NCBI GenBank assembly: GCA_964612105.1
Contig: CAZTEU010000002.1
Coordinates: 83,697-147,696, forward strand
Source of the DNA: an uncultured Gammaproteobacteria bacterium
GTDB lineage: Bacteria > Patescibacteriota > Patescibacteriia > Magasanikbacterales > UBA922
Direction: 5' to 3'
DNA length: 64,000 nucleotides
Part shown: piece after piece, positions 60,726 through 64,000 of the stretch
Layout: every line of letters begins with the position of its first letter
Numbering within the stretch: position 1 is the stretch's first letter
The notes under the pieces: model-generated
The model's database searches: none
The model's input: only the letters and a program-made list of their open reading frames with translations
Told to the model about the DNA's origin: nothing
Made by a program: the position numbers and the translations under genes

Positions 60726-62123
60726 ATGTCAAAAACAACAAAAAAAGCAAAGCAGGTGGTAAAAAGGACTGTGCAGACAGTCGTCCCAATCACCTTAGTT
60801 GGTAAGCTATACGATCAGGTGGTTCGTACGGTAACTACATCCAGTGGGAAGGATAATCGCAACATCATATTATACGTCGGTGTGGTATATAACCACATGA
60901 TAGACGCTGTAAAGCAATACCAGAGACTTAAGAAAAAGAAGTATAGGATTGCGCTGTTGCACGACAGCAGACAAAAGCTAGATAAATACACGCAGGCTGC
61001 ACTAGAACGGGTAGACATTGTGCTCTCTTGTGATACAAAAGACCACATTGCTGTGCAAAAAACCCTTCTTCCCTACACAAACGAATTGCTGGCTGTTACC
61101 TGTCGCTCAGAGAAAAACATACCTGTCCTTTCTCGTGTAATACCTAATGTTCCCTTTCTCAGAACACCCACAACAGACTCTCTTCGTTGGTCATCCGATA
61201 AAATTAGCATGAGACAAAGGCTTAGGAATTATGATGAAAATATTGCGCCTCATTTTGCTGTCATATCAGACTTATCTAAAGAAGCAATAAAAAAGGTGGA
61301 AGAAAATGTAGGATACCCGCTTATCGTTAAGCCGGCCGGTCTTGCAGAAAGTATTTTGGTTTCTATCTGTTACCATCGTGAAGAGTTGCAGGAAGTTCTG
61401 GGAAAGGTGTTTAAAAGAATGGAAAACTTATACAAGAAAAATCATTTCCATCATGAACCAGAAGTTTTAGTGGAACAGTTTATGGAAGGGGAAATGTATT
61501 CTGTAGATGCATATGTAAGTGGAACAGGTAAGATATTTTTCTGCCCAATTGTTTATATAAAAACAGGGAAACAAATTGGATTTGATGACTTTTTCGGATA
61601 TTTCCAAGTCACCCCAACACTTCTTAACAATGAAAGCATAAAAGAGGCTAAGTTGTCCGCAACACAGGCTATATATGCACTGGGAATGAGAAATACTACT
61701 GCTCATATAGAGATGCTAAAGACGGAGCAGGGTTGGAAGATTATTGAGGCAGGAGCAAGAGTTGGTGGTTTCCGACACATGCTATACGAGTTTTCCTATG
61801 GAATAAATCACACAGCAAATGATGTGGCAATTCGTTTGCAAGAAAAGCCTATTATTCCAAAATCATTAAAGGGGTACACCTCTGCAATGAAGTTCTATGC
61901 AAAGAAAGAAGGAAAACTAACATCTGTCGTTGGAATAAAAAAGGCGCAAGAGTTGAAGTCATTTAAAAAACTTTACATAAATAAAAAGATTGGAGATCCT
62001 TGTAAGTTTGCAAAGCACGGAGGCGTAAGTGTGTTTAACGTAATAATGCACAACAAGGACAGGTCTGAGTTGCTTGCAGATGTAAGAAGGCTCGAGCAGA
62101 TGATAAGGATAGATACAGAATAA
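60726..62123 (+). CDS. ATP-grasp domain protein
   Basis: DKISMR, GYPLIVKP, LVEQFMEGEMYSVD, HIE, IIEAGARVGG. Confidence 0.88.
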   Translation: MSKTTKKAKQVVKRTVQTVVPITLVGKLYDQVVRTVTTSSGKDNRNIILYVGVVYNHMIDAVKQYQRLKKKKYRIALLHDSRQKLDKYTQAALERVDIVLSCDTKDHIAVQKTLLPYTNELLAVTCRSEKNIPVLSRVIPNVPFLRTPTTDSLRWSSDKISMRQRLRNYDENIAPHFAVISDLSKEAIKKVEENVGYPLIVKPAGLAESILVSICYHREELQEVLGKVFKRMENLYKKNHFHHEPEVLVEQFMEGEMYSVDAYVSGTGKIFFCPIVYIKTGKQIGFDDFFGYFQVTPTLLNNESIKEAKLSATQAIYALGMRNTTAHIEMLKTEQGWKIIEAGARVGGFRHMLYEFSYGINHTANDVAIRLQEKPIIPKSLKGYTSAMKFYAKKEGKLTSVVGIKKAQELKSFKKLYINKKIGDPCKFAKHGGVSVFNVIMHNKDRSELLADVRRLEQMIRIDTE

Positions 62124-62164
62124 ACAATAAAAAAACACGGTACGCTTGTACTGTGTTTTTATTT

Positions 62165-62680
62165 CTAGGCTAGTTTCTCTGCTATTTTCCTACCAAACTC
62201 TTCTGCCGAACTTGGTCCGTTTGCTGTTATTAGGTTTCCATCAACCACAACCGGTTCTGGAATATATATCGCTTCATTCTCGTCTGCAATATCTTTTAAC
62301 TGCTCATCTCCATCCCAACCTGTAATCTTCTTTCCTTTCGTTATTCCAGAATGAGCAAGTATACGAGGGGAAATACATATAGCACCAAATACCTTCCCGC
62401 TATTACTCCATTCTTTTAATACATCATAAGTTGCACTGTTGTCTAAGTGGTCTACAGCACCAGGTCCTCCGATTAGGAAAAAGGCGTCTGATTTATCTGG
62501 TGTGGACTCAAAAACAAGTAAATCCACTTCTGTAGTGGAGTTATCTGAACCCGTTGCAAATCCCTCACCATCACTTGCCGTAATAACTTCATGCCCTTCA
62601 TTTTCTAATATCTGTTTTGGTATTCCGTACTCGATTGGCTGATATCCAGTATATGCAACAGCTAAAATTACTTTCGCCAT
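62165..62680 (-). CDS. DJ-1/PfpI family protein
   Basis: GGPGA, GAICISP, VVVDGNLITANGP. Confidence 0.92.
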   Translation of the reverse strand: MAKVILAVAYTGYQPIEYGIPKQILENEGHEVITASDGEGFATGSDNSTTEVDLLVFESTPDKSDAFFLIGGPGAVDHLDNSATYDVLKEWSNSGKVFGAICISPRILAHSGITKGKKITGWDGDEQLKDIADENEAIYIPEPVVVDGNLITANGPSSAEEFGRKIAEKLA

Positions 62681-62684
62681 ATCT

Positions 62685-63410
62685 TTATTTCTTGCTTGTA
62701 TGATTTACTCTCTTTTTGAGGTGTTCTTTTCTTCCTGTAAAATGCTCGGAGGCACTACAAAGAGCCTCGTAGCTTAGTTCTGGTCCTAGGGCACACATGC
62801 CGAGTTCGAAAGCGCGCACGTGATCACGTATTTCTGACGCTAATTGAGGGTGTTCTTGTTCTGCATCTGCCATTATACGCAAGCTTTCTAGACGGTGCTC
62901 TAAATCTTCTAATATGTCTGAGAAGTCTAGTACTTTTTCTACAAACTTTTTTTGTTTTGTGCTGTTAATTGCTTGGGCTGTATTGCTACGAAGCTCGTTT
63001 GCTAGATCTACTAGCACTTCGCAAAGCTCTGCCCTCTCTTTGCTATCAAAAAAATCTATCTTTCTTCCTGTATGCAAATCTCGCATGGTTCCACCACTCT
63101 TCTTAAAATCATGAAACTTCTTTTTCATCTTTCCAGATAACTTTCCTTCTAGAAATTTCTCACCAACCTTGCCCTCCTGAAGTGTAAGAAGTTCTATATA
63201 TGCTTTCCTGTAAGGCCAGACCTTCTTTCCAAAAACAATCATTGTTTCTTCTAATTCTTCCAAAGGAAGTGACAGATCATTTTCTATCTGCTCTAATGCC
63301 TGTGACATTTCCTTACGAATATCTTCTGGCACAATAGGACTAACAAAATCAGAAAGTTGTTTAAAAATAGAAAGCGTGTGTTGTATTGTCTCTTTATGCA
63401 TATAATGCAT
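62685..63410 (-). CDS. hypothetical helical protein
   Basis: 241-aa ORF with native composition, coupled to its neighbours. Confidence 0.75.
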   Translation of the reverse strand: MHYMHKETIQHTLSIFKQLSDFVSPIVPEDIRKEMSQALEQIENDLSLPLEELEETMIVFGKKVWPYRKAYIELLTLQEGKVGEKFLEGKLSGKMKKKFHDFKKSGGTMRDLHTGRKIDFFDSKERAELCEVLVDLANELRSNTAQAINSTKQKKFVEKVLDFSDILEDLEHRLESLRIMADAEQEHPQLASEIRDHVRAFELGMCALGPELSYEALCSASEHFTGRKEHLKKRVNHTSKK

Positions 63411-63871
63411 TATACCAAAACCTGGCGAGCAATGGTATCCATAGCTATTCCTCCTGCTACAGAAACATTGAGACTTTCCTTTTTACCTCTCATTGGTATA
63501 TGAACCACCTTGTCTACCTTTTTTAGTGTTTCTAGGTCTAACCCATCCACCTCATTACCCACAATTAGCGCAATAGGGGCCTTAAAATCAACTGTATTTA
63601 TATCTTCACTAGAATCCGTCTTCTCCAGCGCAATTACGCTTATACCTCCATTTTTTAGCTCTTCAATGAGTTGTGGCAGGTCTTCTTTCGCTTCCCACGG
63701 TACCCAAGTTTCTGCACCTAGAGAAACCTTATCTATCTGCACCTTTGGTGGATGTGCGGTGTACCCAACCAAGTATAGTTTTTCAAAGCCCGTAGCATCT
63801 GCAGTCCTAAACATAGCACCAACATTGTGGCAAGAACGTATATTTGGGAGTATTAATGATAATTTTTCCAT
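63410..63871 (-). CDS. TrmH/SpoU RNA methyltransferase
   Basis: NVGAMFRTA, VGNEVDG, IPMRG..ESLNVSVA. Confidence 0.92.
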   Translation of the reverse strand: MEKLSLILPNIRSCHNVGAMFRTADATGFEKLYLVGYTAHPPKVQIDKVSLGAETWVPWEAKEDLPQLIEELKNGGISVIALEKTDSSEDINTVDFKAPIALIVGNEVDGLDLETLKKVDKVVHIPMRGKKESLNVSVAGGIAMDTIARQVLV

Positions 63872-64000
63872 ATGTAATACTCTAACCTACGAACAAATAA
63901 AAAACAACCCTGTTACGGGTTGTTTTTGTTTATCTTGTTGAGGGCTTGTTTCTGTCTGCCTCCTTGTATATAGGGTCTATTATATCTGTAGATCCTCTAA

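Overview
AT-rich chromosomal segment, most likely from a CPR/Patescibacteria (Parcubacteria-type) bacterium. This is inferred from gene content, SD-less AT-rich start regions and CPR-typical hypotheticals. The backbone is housekeeping: secG, rpmE, prfA-prmC, rplY, rodA, gyrB, secE-nusG-rplK, ldh, rplA, a six-gene dTMP/dTDP cluster, gatB, miaA, T-box-thrS, PilB-like ATPase, ftsH, rpsA, gyrA, ruvA, pepA, ileS, rpiB-rpe-trxB and a RelE-type TA pair. Dispersed through it is a second class of transcription units: GC-rich orphan genes (4.1, 7.7-10.2, 15.8-16.7, 39.3-40.3 and 50.5-55.0 kb) and two stand-alone structured ncRNA candidates (16.9 and 44.4 kb). These have native-style TTGACA-N17 promoters and terminators and hairpin-dense UTRs; the genes have strong Shine-Dalgarno sites that the core genes lack. 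Five of their promoters share an upstream palindrome (GCT-AAAATA-AGC) 31-32 or 41-43 bp before the -35, and two genes end in the same boxA-like/hairpin module. Separately, two paralogous nuclease-like genes are each followed by a convergently promoted, structurally conserved ~55-nt RNA, a candidate RNA-antitoxin system. No rRNA, tRNA, CRISPR array, integrase or transposase was recognised. All calls come from reading the sequence; no database search or folding program was run.
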